Positions 1 through 10,319 are shown, counted from the stretch's first letter. The stretch is DNA of 64,000 nt from a virus (IMGVR_UViG_3300028591_000109:1-64000); one strand, 5' to 3'. Notes: generated by a model not told the origin, from the sequence alone. Translations and numbers: made by a program.

Positions 1-115
1 CCAAATCGGCGGCCTTTTCTACGGTGGCGGTGGCCTGTGCTGCGTTCTTTACTTTGTTTTCCTGTGCGGCGGCGGCGTTCTGTGCGGCGGCGGCGTTTGT
101 TTCGTTCTTTTTCAT
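1..115 (-). CDS. Partial Ala-rich hypothetical protein (MKKNETNAAAAQNAAAAQENK...), runs off the left edge
   Basis: ATG at 115 (minus) after an AT-rich leader; open to the window edge; upstream Bacteroidota promoter at 261-293. Confidence 0.6.
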   Translation of the reverse strand, partial: MKKNETNAAAAQNAAAAQENKVKNAAQATATVEKAADL

Positions 116-260
116 AACTTTAATTTTTTAGATGTTTGAATATTGATTTTTTATTGCTTCGGCCTGTGGCCTGTTTGTTTCGTTCTTTTGCCTGTGCTGC
201 GGCGGCGTTTCGCTGCGGCGGCGGTGGCGGTGGCGTGCCGTTTCGGTACGTTTTCGGCGG

Positions 261-293
261 CAAAGTTACGCATTTTTTGTTATATGTTCCAAA
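261..293 (-). promoter_or_regulatory. Bacteroidota sigmaA-type promoter (TTTG...TAACTTTG)
   Basis: Minus strand reads aatTTGGaac...gcgTAACTTTGccg, matching the -33/-7 consensus. Confidence 0.7.
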
Positions 294-383
294 TTTTTTC
301 GTAACTTTTTTATGTAAAAAGTGTTATTTAGATTTTTCTTTGCACTAAAGTATTGATTTTCAGCACGTTCCGCACATTCCGCC

Positions 384-1320
384 GTGCCGTTTCTAAATAA
401 GGTATTTTCGTTTCGTATTGATTTACAGGCATTTACGGCGTTTTTCTGCGTTTTTGTGCCGTTCCTGTGGCATCGGTGGCGGCGGCGTTCCTGTTATGTA
501 CCTTATTTATGCGAAACGAAACGGCGGCGGCGTTCCTGTGCTGCGTTCCTGTGGCGGTGGCATCATCTTCGGCGGTGGCGTTCCGTTCCTGTGTGCTGCG
601 TTCCGTTCCTGTTTGGTGGCGGTGGCATCATTTTCGGCGTTTCGCTTTTCTTTACATTTGGAACGGCGGCGGCATCGGTGGCGGTGGCATCATCATCGGC
701 ACGGCGGCGGCGTTCCGTTCCTGTGGCATCATCATCGGAAAACAGGCACGGCGAAAACGGAACGGCATTTTTATTTAGAATCTGTCTAAATTGCTTTCTA
801 AATATGTTCGCACATGTATATGGTAAGAACGCGTACCATTATGGCGCCTGCGCGTGGATCTGGAAAGATTTAATATTAAATCTTTTCAGATTTCGCTTTT
901 CTCCGATGCTGTGGATATGTTCCCCACGGCAAAATTATCGGCGTTTTGTGTGCGCAAACAATTTGGCCAAAAATGCCTGTTTTTCTAATTTTGCGGCATC
1001 ATTTTGTAAATTTTTCAGAATATCAAAACAGGAACGGCGGCGGCGGCATCGGTGGCGGCGTTCCGTTCCTGTGGCATCATCATCGGCACGGCGGCGGCGT
1101 TTTTTCGTTTTCGATTTTCTTTACATCGGCACGGCGGCGGCATCATCTTTGGCGGTGGCGTTCCTGTGGCATCGGTGGCGGTGGCGTTCCGTTCCTGTGT
1201 GCTGCGTTCCGTTCTTTATTGTGTGCGGCGGCATCGGCATCGGTGGCGGCGGTGGCATAAATGCGGCGGCGTGCGGCGAGGCCGCACCCGCCGCCCAGCA
1301 GCAGCGAGGCGCGGGGTGTA
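384..1320. repeat. Low-complexity modular repeat tract
   Basis: Recurring modules GGCGGCGGCGTTCCGTTCCTGTGGCATCATCATCGGCAC and GTTCCTGTGTGCTGCGTTCC; plus-strand ORFs here are low-complexity artefacts. Confidence 0.75.
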
Positions 1321-1396
1321 ATTATCTGATAATCAAAATTTTACGAAAAAAAAGTACATTGGAGATTAAATAGACAGTGTCTAAATAAAAGAACAA

Positions 1397-1429
1397 AGGG
1401 GTAAAGCTGCGCGAAAACAGCCTTACCCC
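1397..1429 (-). terminator. Probable intrinsic terminator of the 1529-2050 gene
   Basis: Imperfect stem GGGGTAAAGCTG...CAGCCTTACCCC with an A-rich flank on the left. Confidence 0.45.
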
Positions 1430-1528
1430 GATGGAATATTTACCGAATATGTATTCAGTCTTTCAACAGTCCCTTGTCGCCTCCCGGCCCGTCTGGCATC
1501 ACCGACCTATACCTTATTTATATATAGG

Positions 1529-2050
1529 CTACTGCCGGTCGTCGCTGCCCACCACCTTGATACTGTCGAGCATACCGGCAACGGCCAGCAGCTCGGCATT
1601 GATACGGTCAACGTGTTCCTGAGAAATGCAGCCGTAAGCCTTCGATGTAGTGGAGCGCAGGGTGATGGAAATCTTGTCGCCCTTCCATCCAAGCGTATTG
1701 TAAAGAAATTTACTTAACTTAAAATAGCGGTGCAGGGTCTTCACCTGCTCTATGGTGGCAGGGTCGTAGGTAGCACCCCGGTTGTTGGTGTACGTCTGGT
1801 CGCTGCCGAAGACGATCTTCGCCTTGCGTATCTCTGCAGCCATCACCTCCAGGGCGGCGTTGAGCTTCTGCAGCGTAGGCGCGGGGAAGTTACGCGCCAC
1901 GCCGTTCCTATCCTTATTATGACGGAAGCATCCGTTCACCATCGTCATGCTCACGCCCATCAGCTCCGAGAGTGTCGTGATGTTCACCCCCTGGCTGGTT
2001 AGATACTTATAAAGGAAGTCCTGCGAAACCTTTTCTTTTTCCATATTCAT
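1529..2050 (-). CDS. HTH (XRE-like) DNA-binding protein, possible repressor
   Basis: N-terminal GVNITTLSELMGVSMTMVN HTH-like pattern; two similar halves (LNAALEVMA / INAELLAVA); TACCTTTG promoter at ~2078-2085. Confidence 0.6.
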   Translation of the reverse strand: MNMEKEKVSQDFLYKYLTSQGVNITTLSELMGVSMTMVNGCFRHNKDRNGVARNFPAPTLQKLNAALEVMAAEIRKAKIVFGSDQTYTNNRGATYDPATIEQVKTLHRYFKLSKFLYNTLGWKGDKISITLRSTTSKAYGCISQEHVDRINAELLAVAGMLDSIKVVGSDDRQ

Positions 2051-2554
2051 GTGTAGCTTTTAAATTGTAATCCGCTGCAAAGGTAACGCTTTTTTTGTTA
2101 TCATCCAAACCTTTTCCCAATTATTTTTCTCAGACCCCTAAAATTTAACATTTAGATGGCTGATGGCTGAAAGGCTACGGGTAGGCGCGACAGCGGGAAT
2201 TGGAAGATGGAAGATGTGGCGGCGCATACGAGCGTTAAAGTGTATTAAATGTGTGCGACAAATTTGCGCGATTTGCCCAAAGGCTGATTGTCAGATATTT
2301 ATATAATGCCCTGACGGGCAGAAATTGATTAAAAATTAAATAAAAATATTTTTAGACCATTTTTATTTCCATTTCTTCGACGAGCGAAGCGAGACGAATC
2401 TCGATTACTTGCCGACAGGCAATCCCGAAAGCCACACAAAAAAAGCCCGCCCTTGCTCGAAGGGCAGGCCCAGGTTCGCGGGGTCAATCCGCAGAACACC
2501 AACAATCGGTTATTTTATTCTTGCCTGTCGGCGACATTCTTCACTCTTCACTCT

Positions 2555-2995
2555 TCATTCTTCACTCTTAATGAAGACGGTCTTGGTCTTCGCCGGGGGC
2601 TGATGCTTGCCACCCTGGTACTTCAGGGCCATGCGGGCGCGGATGGGCGGGTCGTTGGGGTGGCGCTCGAAGGAGCGGCGCGTGGGGTCGAAGCGCTGGT
2701 CGTCGATGACCTCTCGCTTGAACGATTTTGTGGGGCAGAACTTCAAGCGCTTGGTGGGCGGCAGGTGGCGCAGCTCGTGCTTGTCCTTGTAAGTGTACCA
2801 GTGCTCCCGTTCCGGCAGGTCCTGCGTGTAAAAGGTGCCGAACGACTCAATGGGTACGCAGCCCGCGCCCTCGGCCATCTGGTAGCGGATCTCGTCGAAT
2901 GTCGCCATGAGCACCTGCTCCACCGTGGCCCTGCAGATGCCGCTGCGCTTCACCACTGCGGCGATAAGAATGCCTTTATATTTTCCTGGACTCAT
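2555..2995 (-). CDS. HU/IHF-family DNA-binding protein
   Basis: VVKRSGICRATVEQVL...IESFGTF...PPTKRLKFCP matches the HU/IHF pattern. Confidence 0.75.
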   Translation of the reverse strand: MSPGKYKGILIAAVVKRSGICRATVEQVLMATFDEIRYQMAEGAGCVPIESFGTFYTQDLPEREHWYTYKDKHELRHLPPTKRLKFCPTKSFKREVIDDQRFDPTRRSFERHPNDPPIRARMALKYQGGKHQPPAKTKTVFIKSEE

Positions 2996-3183
2996 CGTTT
3001 TTAAATGAAGAATGAAGAATGAAGAATGAAGAATTTGCTACCGCCCTCCGACTTATTCTTTGGGTCGTCGCTTTCGCTCCTCAAAATTATATTTAGAATT
3101 ATATTTATAATTTTATTTAGAATAATTTTAAACCAAATTTTAAATAGAAATTTTAAATCAAATTTCAAGCGTAGCGCCCACTA

Positions 3184-3699
3184 CTACTCGTTGGGGTCAG
3201 TGCTGCCGCCACCTTCAGTGCCGCCGCCCTGGTCGTCAGGGTTGGTGGGGTCGGTGGTGTCGGTTGGGGTTTCCTCTTCGTCGGCCTTCTCGGTGACGCG
3301 CTTCCACGACACGCTCTGGGCGAACGACTGCTGCACGGCCTGGGCGATGGTGGCGCCGATGGTGCTGCGGGCGTTCTGGACGTTGAGCATGTCGGCGGTG
3401 GCGACCTTCTTCACGGTGCCGTCGTCGTTGAGTTCGTCCTTCACGGAGCACGATATCTGGGGGAAGATGGTGATTTCGTCGCCCAGCTTCACACGGTGGC
3501 CGCGACTGGCACTGCGCAGTGCCACGCGCATGTAGCGCTTGATGATGGTGGGAATGAGGTCGGGCGAGATGCCCAGGCCCTCTACCACCTCGTCCTTCAT
3601 GTCGTCGCAGGTAAGGGTAGAATATGATTGTGTAGCCGCGTAGAACGAGTGAGTGCCTACGGCGTTGTTCTCTTTGACGGTGTATTTTATAACTGCCAT
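3184..3699 (-). CDS. Bacteroidota HU-like (HU-HIG type) DNA-binding protein
   Basis: YA...LT.DD...GHRVKLG...IFPQIS motif and Gly/acidic tail ending DPNE; paralog of 39545-40087. Confidence 0.7.
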   Translation of the reverse strand: MAVIKYTVKENNAVGTHSFYAATQSYSTLTCDDMKDEVVEGLGISPDLIPTIIKRYMRVALRSASRGHRVKLGDEITIFPQISCSVKDELNDDGTVKKVATADMLNVQNARSTIGATIAQAVQQSFAQSVSWKRVTEKADEEETPTDTTDPTNPDDQGGGTEGGGSTDPNE

Positions 3700-4091
3700 A
3701 ACTGAACTATTAAAGGGTTAAACTTCTCGTTGTCTCTGTCCTGACTTCCAGCAATCAGAGTTCTGACTGCCAGCAATCAGAGTTCTGATTTCTCAGCACG
3801 CCTATAATATAGCGTGCGGGCGCGGACGTGTAAAGGGCAAAGTCGTTTGGAACGCAAGTGTTAATTTTTCGTAAAGGTGTGCGACAAATTTGCGGGTTTT
3901 GCCCATGGGTTGATTGACAGGGATTCTGGGATGCACTTCGTGCAGAAATTTTCAGACTGCGCCCTATCGGGCGGAAATTTTTCAAATTGGTTTCAAATTA
4001 TTCAAATCTTCTTTTTGAGAAATTCTGAATTAAATTTGTATAATTTCCAGCCGTAAGGCTGTAGTCTCTAATTTCTACGCGAAGCGTATCT

Positions 4092-4403
4092 TCACACCGT
4101 GAGCCGGAAGTCATCAGCCCGGAGGATGCAGCAGTCACGAAGTTTCCTCGTCTGGCCGCTGGCGGTGAATTGGACGAGCCTGGTACCGGCGGCGACATCG
4201 ACGGAGATGGTGACACATTCCTCACCACGGATCACGTCACCATTCGAGGCGGCGATATACCATACTCTGAACGGTATGCGCTCCACGACCTGTTCCACCC
4301 GGTAGCCACCCTTGCCGTCGGGCAGGCGGCGGTTGACGAGCCGCGTGCGCTCGGCTACGCGACGGAGCTCTGAGAGCGCCAATGTCTTTAATGTTTGTGC
4401 CAT
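4092..4403 (-). CDS. Phage hypothetical protein
   Basis: 103-aa ORF with coding-like bias; GTRLVQF..SGQTRKLRD motif. Confidence 0.65.
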   Translation of the reverse strand: MAQTLKTLALSELRRVAERTRLVNRRLPDGKGGYRVEQVVERIPFRVWYIAASNGDVIRGEECVTISVDVAAGTRLVQFTASGQTRKLRDCCILRADDFRLTV

Positions 4404-4512
4404 ACTTGAAACTTGAAACTTGAAACTATGTTGTTAAACTATGTAAAATGTGTGCGACAAATTTGCGGCTTTTGCCCACTGCTTGATTATCAGCGAGTTC
4501 CGTTAATGGTAA

Positions 4513-4689
4513 TCAGGGATCGTAGAGATACACCCGTCGCTGGTTGTACTCGTCGGGCATGGTGATGTAGAGGTCGCACTCCAGTTCGTCCTGCAGGGCC
4601 ATCAGTTCGTCGAAGGTGTTGACAACGCTGCGGTCTTGAGGCAGACGGTTGTAGGCGCGCGTTGGCGTGTGGGATATGATAAAACACAT
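4513..4689 (-). CDS. Small hypothetical protein (MCFIISHTP...YLYDP, 58 aa; not in the ORF track)
   Basis: Translated by hand; directly downstream of 4718-5440 on the same strand. Confidence 0.5.
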   Translation of the reverse strand: MCFIISHTPTRAYNRLPQDRSVVNTFDELMALQDELECDLYITMPDEYNQRRVYLYDP

Positions 4690-4717
4690 ATTCTTGGTCG
4701 TTTGGGGATTACCGCTT

Positions 4718-5440
4718 TTACTTGCTGAAGATCCTGCGCCACCAGCGGCGGGTGATCCAGGCGGCTGCGGCGAGGACGATGCCGATGATGAGCCACTGCA
4801 GGTGGTCGGCCAAGCGGCGGTACCAGGGGCGGTTGTCCTGGGGCACGGGGGTGACGGTGTTGTGAGTGGAGTCGGTCTGCTCGCGGTGACTCATGGCGGC
4901 ATCGAGGCGCTGCTGCCAGATGCTGTCCTGACGGTCGATGGCGGTCTGTAGGCGGTTCTCCATCTCGCGCTCGATGCGAAGGGCGAGCTGCTGCTGCTCC
5001 TGATGGAGGTCGCGGGAGATGGTGCGCTGCTCCTGACGGACGGCGCGGCCCAGCGAGTCGGTGGTGGTGGTGACGGTCTCGGTGATGAGTTCCTTCTGGT
5101 CGGTACTGCTGTGCTGCTCCGCACTGGACTGGCTGACGCGCTCGCGGAAGAGGGAGTCCATGCGCTCATGCCAGCTGGTCATGTGGGCATCGACGGCGGC
5201 CTGGATGGCCATCGTGTCGATGGCACTGTGGTGATGCTCCGCGCGCTCCACGTTTTTCGGAGTGGCGCAGGAGCCGAGCAGAGCGCAGAGGATGATGGCG
5301 AGGACGAAGGCCACGGCATAGGTGGCACAGCCATAGAAAGCATGTGTATAGCACAGCTGCTCCCGCTCTTCAGGCGTGAGGTTCTTCATGTCCGGCAGTT
5401 CCTGCGGCATGAGGTCGATGGGGTTGTAGGGGTGGTCCAT
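4718..5440 (-). CDS. Lipoprotein with C-terminal TM helix, unimolecular-spanin-like
   Basis: Hydrophobic segment with lipobox LLGS-C, helical middle, C-terminal TM WLIIGIVLAAAAWI then basic tail. Confidence 0.55.
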   Translation of the reverse strand: MDHPYNPIDLMPQELPDMKNLTPEEREQLCYTHAFYGCATYAVAFVLAIILCALLGSCATPKNVERAEHHHSAIDTMAIQAAVDAHMTSWHERMDSLFRERVSQSSAEQHSSTDQKELITETVTTTTDSLGRAVRQEQRTISRDLHQEQQQLALRIEREMENRLQTAIDRQDSIWQQRLDAAMSHREQTDSTHNTVTPVPQDNRPWYRRLADHLQWLIIGIVLAAAAWITRRWWRRIFSK

Positions 5441-5872
5441 ATCGCTGAATGTTTTTCGGCTAAGATAATGCGCCGGGGCGGCGGCGGCAAGGGCGGGATG
5501 CGATGGATGATGGATGATGGAAGATGGATGACCCCGACGCGCACTTCTTCCTTCAGCCTTCAGCCCTCAGACATCAAAAAAAATAGCAGCCACCCGAATG
5601 CTACAACGGAGCGGCTGCCGGAACGAGAGGAGCTACACGTGAACCTCCCGATGGGTTGCCGGAGTGACCCGGCAAAAACAAACTACTAATCTACTAAAAC
5701 AAATCAAAAAATGCGTGGCGCCATCGCGGCGGCAAAGGAATTGTTGTACAAGAAGCGCCTCGCGGCGGCGTATGAAGAAATTCATTCTATAGAGTAAGCG
5801 GCGCAGACGCGGGGCGTGGTGGTGTGGAGGGCAGACCCGCGTTTTAGGTGGCGGGTGAACTGCGCCGCTGTG

Positions 5873-5944
5873 TTGCGGAAGATGGGTTCGCACCATCGAC
5901 CTCCGGGTTATGAGCCCGGCGAGCTACTACTGCTCCATTCCGCG
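5873..5944 (-). tRNA. tRNA-Met(CAT), initiator type
   Basis: Cloverleaf CGCGGAA/TTCCGCA with C1:A72 mismatch; anticodon stem CCGGG/CCCGG, loop CTCATAA; TAACTTTG promoter at ~5985. Confidence 0.9.
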
Positions 5945-6768
5945 CTGTTTGTTCACAGAGCTGTCGAAGAACGCTTTGCGGTTGCAAAGTTACGAAATAA
6001 TCTTGTATCTCGCAAGAAATCAGCGAGTTATCAGAAAGGTGGCGCGAAAGACAGTTGGGAGTTCACAGCGTTATTCGGCGGTTATTTTGCGCCGTGATAC
6101 CTTGTAAGTGGTTGATAATCAGTTATTTATCAGAAAATTTTGCGGTTATTTTGCGGTTTTTGTTGAAAAAGTAATGTAAAAAATAAATTTTTGATTTCCC
6201 TATATATAGTATATAACTATCTGATTATAAGCCTTTTATTTTATTTGAGAGCCTCTTATTTACATAGATAGTGGGTGTAAGGGAGTGTCGCGCGTGTGGA
6301 TTGAAGAGTGTATAGCAGAGAACATCCAGAGAAACAAAAATAATTTTAGGTTTGTGAAAAATAGGGCCTTTTCTGATAACTCGCCTTTTGAGTGCCTGCA
6401 ATCGGTTGTTTATCAGATAGTTACAAGGTATCAGACGTCGAATAACTTTTTGGCCGTTTTTTAGGGTTAAAATCTGCGTAACTTGCTGACTATCAATGGT
6501 ATCACAAAAGTTATCAGAAAACGGCGACGTCTGTGAACTTTCGGCTTTTTCTGATAACTTTCGATGTAAACTATTTTTATTTTCAGGCGGCAGGCGGTGG
6601 CGGCGAAACTCTTTTTAACGCAAATTTCCACGAATGGGCCACGAATTTCTCGGAAATAATTAGTAACTTTGCACCGTAGGTGCGAGTCTGCTCACGCTCG
6701 GCCATTGATGCAAGCATCGTGGCTCTCGCTTAATCGCAGACTTCGCAGCCGTTATTACTGAATACCTA

Positions 6769-7377
6769 ATGGCTAAGAGCACGAAGATGCCGGCGATTGC
6801 CTGGCTGCGGGTAACGGAGTTTTTAAGGGGGTGGTTAGATTATGAGTTTGGCAGTAAGGTGATGGTCAACGGCCGTCGCGTAGTATGTCTGCAGCATCTG
6901 GACGGTATGCGGGACGTCATGCGCATGGAGACCGTCGACGACATGGAGCTGTCGCCAGACCTGCCGGTGGAGCTGTCGCTGTCGGCCTCACGCTACGGAC
7001 TTATCTCTGCGGCGATGACGCTGAGTCCGGAGGCTACGGAGCGCATGTATCACCTGTCGCTGGAGCAGTTGCAGCAATTTGTTCCGATAGAGTGTCCGCG
7101 CGTGAGGCTGACCGACGAGGGACTGCTGCGCGAATGGGGCGGCGACGCGATGCTGGGCGACGCACAGGCCAAGGCGCTGCTACGCCTTCTGAGAGAGGCG
7201 TTCTGGGAGGACGTGGAGCAGTTCGCCAGGCGCTATGCCCGACAGCGTGAGGGCGAGAAATATGCGCAGGAGGATATGATAGAGGCGTTCTGTCGGATGA
7301 CCAAGACCAGCGAGCTGCATATCGAGGCGATCAGACGGGAGTGGCAGCGAAGATGTAAGAGGGCTGATGTAAGATAA
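6769..7377 (+). CDS. Hypothetical protein (202 aa)
   Basis: Clean ORF downstream of the TAACTTTG promoter at ~6664. Confidence 0.7.
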   Translation: MAKSTKMPAIAWLRVTEFLRGWLDYEFGSKVMVNGRRVVCLQHLDGMRDVMRMETVDDMELSPDLPVELSLSASRYGLISAAMTLSPEATERMYHLSLEQLQQFVPIECPRVRLTDEGLLREWGGDAMLGDAQAKALLRLLREAFWEDVEQFARRYARQREGEKYAQEDMIEAFCRMTKTSELHIEAIRREWQRRCKRADVR

Positions 7378-7602
7378 AGAGCGCCCTATCGGGCGGAAAT
7401 TTTTCAAATTGGTTTCAAATTATTCAGACATGCTTTTGAGAAATTTGAATTAAATTTGAGCAATTTCCAGCCGATAGGCTGCTAATATTCTTGGGTCACT
7501 TCGCTCAAAATACAGAACCGCCACAAAAAGGGAACTTTTTCGAGATGGCTGAAGGATGATGGATGATGTATTGCTATGCGGATTGCGCTCAGCCATCTTC
7601 CA

Positions 7603-8562
7603 TCAGCCATCAGCCTTCGCTTTCTTCTCCAGTGTGCGCAGCGACTGGCCCCAGAGCATGGCAGCGGTGGTGACGCTGTGCAGGCGGTCGAGGATAGCTG
7701 GACCGTACTCGCCGTAGTGGTCGGCAATGGTGGCAGCGAAGGGCCAGGAAGCGGCGGGATAGTTGGCGGGACAGGGCTGGGGCGAGAGACTGGTGGCAAT
7801 GATGAGCAGTAGTCCGCGCTGCTCGGCAAGGTCGAGGATGTCGAGGATAGAGGTGTCGCGGTTCTTGTAGCGGTAGATCGGTTCGCGGCCCATGTCGTCG
7901 ATGATGAGGGCACGCTGGCGCAGCAGTTCCTCCTTGCTGATGACAGGGGCTGTTCCCGACTTGGCAGAAGGATGGAGAATGTCGTAGAGGTCGGCGGCGC
8001 TGATGACGCGCAGGTTGCGCTGGAAGACGGCTGGCAGTATGCGGGTGACGAGGGTGGTCTTGCCTGTGCCGGAGGCTCCGAAGATGAACAGCCCCCTACC
8101 CCGGTTGTCGGTCTTGCTCCGGTTGTCGGCGAGCCACTGGGCCACGCGGTCGTAGCCGGAGAGCCACTGTGTGCGACCTTTAAAGAGGCGGCGCATCTCG
8201 GTGGTCATGCGGAGCTGTGCGTCGGGTATCTGGAACGAGGGGATGGATGCCTGCGGCGCGGTGAGGAAGTCGATGGGCTGTCCGTCGGCATTGGACAGGA
8301 TGCGATACTGAAGGGTGACGCCGTGGCCGAAGGCTTGCTTCAGGGCGGCTTCGATGAGCGGCACGTAGAAGTGCTCGATGTAGTCGTAGACATGGCGGGC
8401 GGGCACGCGGAGCAGGAGCACGTTGGCGGCAGGATCGTAGCTCTCGAAGGTGACGGGGACGAACCATGTGGTGAACGTCCAGTCGTCGACGCGGGACTGT
8501 ATCAGCCGGAGGGCTTCAGCCCAAAGGAGGGAGTAGTCTTTGTCGTGCATAGCGGTTACCAT
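7603..8562 (-). CDS. DnaA N-terminal domain fused to a DnaC/IstB-like AAA+ ATPase (putative helicase loader)
   Basis: LW..AL..I...V....FTTWF.P....Y...LLLRVP resembles DnaA domain I; Walker A GASGTGKT; Walker B LIIDDMG; overlaps the rep stop. Confidence 0.75.
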   Translation of the reverse strand: MVTAMHDKDYSLLWAEALRLIQSRVDDWTFTTWFVPVTFESYDPAANVLLLRVPARHVYDYIEHFYVPLIEAALKQAFGHGVTLQYRILSNADGQPIDFLTAPQASIPSFQIPDAQLRMTTEMRRLFKGRTQWLSGYDRVAQWLADNRSKTDNRGRGLFIFGASGTGKTTLVTRILPAVFQRNLRVISAADLYDILHPSAKSGTAPVISKEELLRQRALIIDDMGREPIYRYKNRDTSILDILDLAEQRGLLLIIATSLSPQPCPANYPAASWPFAATIADHYGEYGPAILDRLHSVTTAAMLWGQSLRTLEKKAKADG

Positions 8563-10163
8563 AGTTTAAGTTCGGGAGATTCAGAGGGGGCGGTGGACTG
8601 CTGTGATACAGCAGTAGATGGGACGGCGGCGGGGATTTCCTCGGCGGGGGTAAAGATGTCTTGGAGTTCGTTCTTGCAGAAATTGGAGAGCGACTTCTTG
8701 GCAAAGTCGTGGATGGCGGTGCGGCGGTCGGCGGCATAGCGCTTCTCTATGTTCTGCCGGCGGGTGTCAGTGGTGGCCGTCTGGAGGGCAGCGTCACGCT
8801 CGGCATCGAGGGCGTCGAGACGGCGGCATACCTCCCACTGGGGCTTGCGGCTGCTGAGTCCGTCGATGATATAGTCCACCTTCTCTTCGAGTTGCTGCAG
8901 TGAGCCGGAGGCGATGCGAGTGTAGGAGAGTGCCTTGTCGTAGTGCAGGTAGAGCTGCTCGGTCATCTTGCCAATGATGCGCCGCTGCTGTGCGTTGATG
9001 TCGCGCCCGTCCTGTATCTGCCGGCCCAGCGATGACACATGTAGGGTAAAGATGATGCGGTCGGCCACCTCTACGCGGGTGTTGCGCGAAGTGTCGGTGC
9101 GCTTCGTCACCTCTATATCCAGGTTGTACTCTACGCGCGGCGGTACCGATGTCGTGCCATCGTCGGCGGGTTTCGGGGCCATGCGCAGGAAGTCCTCGCG
9201 GATGGGTTCGAGCACACGCTTCTGGAAGAGCGACAGCTTGGGATAGACGCCCATCAGGACGTGACGTTCGTCGGGAGCGTTGATGCGCACGGTATGACTA
9301 TCGGGCAGTTCCTGGATGACGTTCTTGCCGCCGTCGGGATTCTGGTCGATGCCGAGGGTGGTGCGCAGTGCCGTCCACGAGAAGTCGAAACGGGTGAAGC
9401 CGCGCGACCAGTAGAGCGAGAGGAACCAGTAAAGACGAATGCTGTACTTGCACTTGAAATCGAGCGTCACGTCAAGGTAGTGCCCATAGCGGTAAGGGTC
9501 GAACAGGCGGTCGGCCACCAGTCCGCTCATACTGATGGCGATGGCGGGCTTTCCGGTGTACTCCCAATGGAAGAGGTGGTTGGGTGCAGAGGGCGGCACG
9601 GGGTCTACCCCACCCTTTGCGTTGCGGTGGGCTTCGGGGTCGTTCCACCGCTTCACGGCTCCGAGGGCCGTTGGCTGGAAGAGTTGCTTCTTAGTGGTGG
9701 AACGTCCGTTGCGCTCGTCGTCGAACTCCCATTCCACGTTGATGTCGCCCATCTTCATCACCGTATCGAAGGCTTCCTGATAGTGGCGCGGCGCAATGCC
9801 GAGGTCGCGCAGGGGGAAGCGGAACTCGTAGTCTCCTAAGTCAGTGAACTGCGACTGCGACTTCTTGGTAATCTTTCCTGCTTCCTCCTCGAACTGCAGC
9901 ATGAGCTGCCCGTCGGTAGTGCCGTTGGCCGTCATGTCGATACGCTTGCGGACAAGTGCCTGAATCTTGTGCAGCACGGCATCGACAATGGCCAGTTCGG
10001 TGCGGGTGATGCCGCCACTGCGCTCGCCGTCGGCTCCCGACAACTTGCCGCCGTAGCGTGCCACGGCGAAGGCGATGGGGATAATGACCGAGCCGTCCTG
10101 CTGGAGCGGTACGGTCTGCTTCTGTCTGACGGGCTTTGCAGCCTCTTTCTTTTTTGCTGGCAT
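8556..10163 (-). CDS. Plasmid-type replication initiator (Rep_3/RepB-like winged helix)
   Basis: FKCKYSIRLY..L...W, LRTTLGI and YPKLSLFQKRVLEP match Rep_3 motifs; start at MPAKKK follows the TATCTTTG promoter (~10241-10248); iterons upstream. Confidence 0.75.
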   Translation of the reverse strand: MPAKKKEAAKPVRQKQTVPLQQDGSVIIPIAFAVARYGGKLSGADGERSGGITRTELAIVDAVLHKIQALVRKRIDMTANGTTDGQLMLQFEEEAGKITKKSQSQFTDLGDYEFRFPLRDLGIAPRHYQEAFDTVMKMGDINVEWEFDDERNGRSTTKKQLFQPTALGAVKRWNDPEAHRNAKGGVDPVPPSAPNHLFHWEYTGKPAIAISMSGLVADRLFDPYRYGHYLDVTLDFKCKYSIRLYWFLSLYWSRGFTRFDFSWTALRTTLGIDQNPDGGKNVIQELPDSHTVRINAPDERHVLMGVYPKLSLFQKRVLEPIREDFLRMAPKPADDGTTSVPPRVEYNLDIEVTKRTDTSRNTRVEVADRIIFTLHVSSLGRQIQDGRDINAQQRRIIGKMTEQLYLHYDKALSYTRIASGSLQQLEEKVDYIIDGLSSRKPQWEVCRRLDALDAERDAALQTATTDTRRQNIEKRYAADRRTAIHDFAKKSLSNFCKNELQDIFTPAEEIPAAVPSTAVSQQSTAPSESPELKLW

Positions 10164-10319
10164 AGTTGTGTAGCTGTTTGATGTCTGATGTATGAGGGCT
10201 GATGGCTGAGCAACTGCCCGTTTGTTCGTTGTAGCGGTTGCAAAGATAAGCATTATTTTTGTAACCGCCAAATTATTTCTCACTTATTTTCAAGTGATTG
10301 TGGTTTTATTATACGGAAT

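Noticed and set aside
136-1373. Plus-strand ORFs of up to 329 aa
   Set aside because: Arg/Gly/Ala-rich translations of a stop-poor repeat tract; the local promoter and real gene are on the minus strand
2449-2481. Ninth GCCCTTG promoter copy
   Set aside because: No TAnnTT box 20 nt downstream; it is part of a terminator-like hairpin
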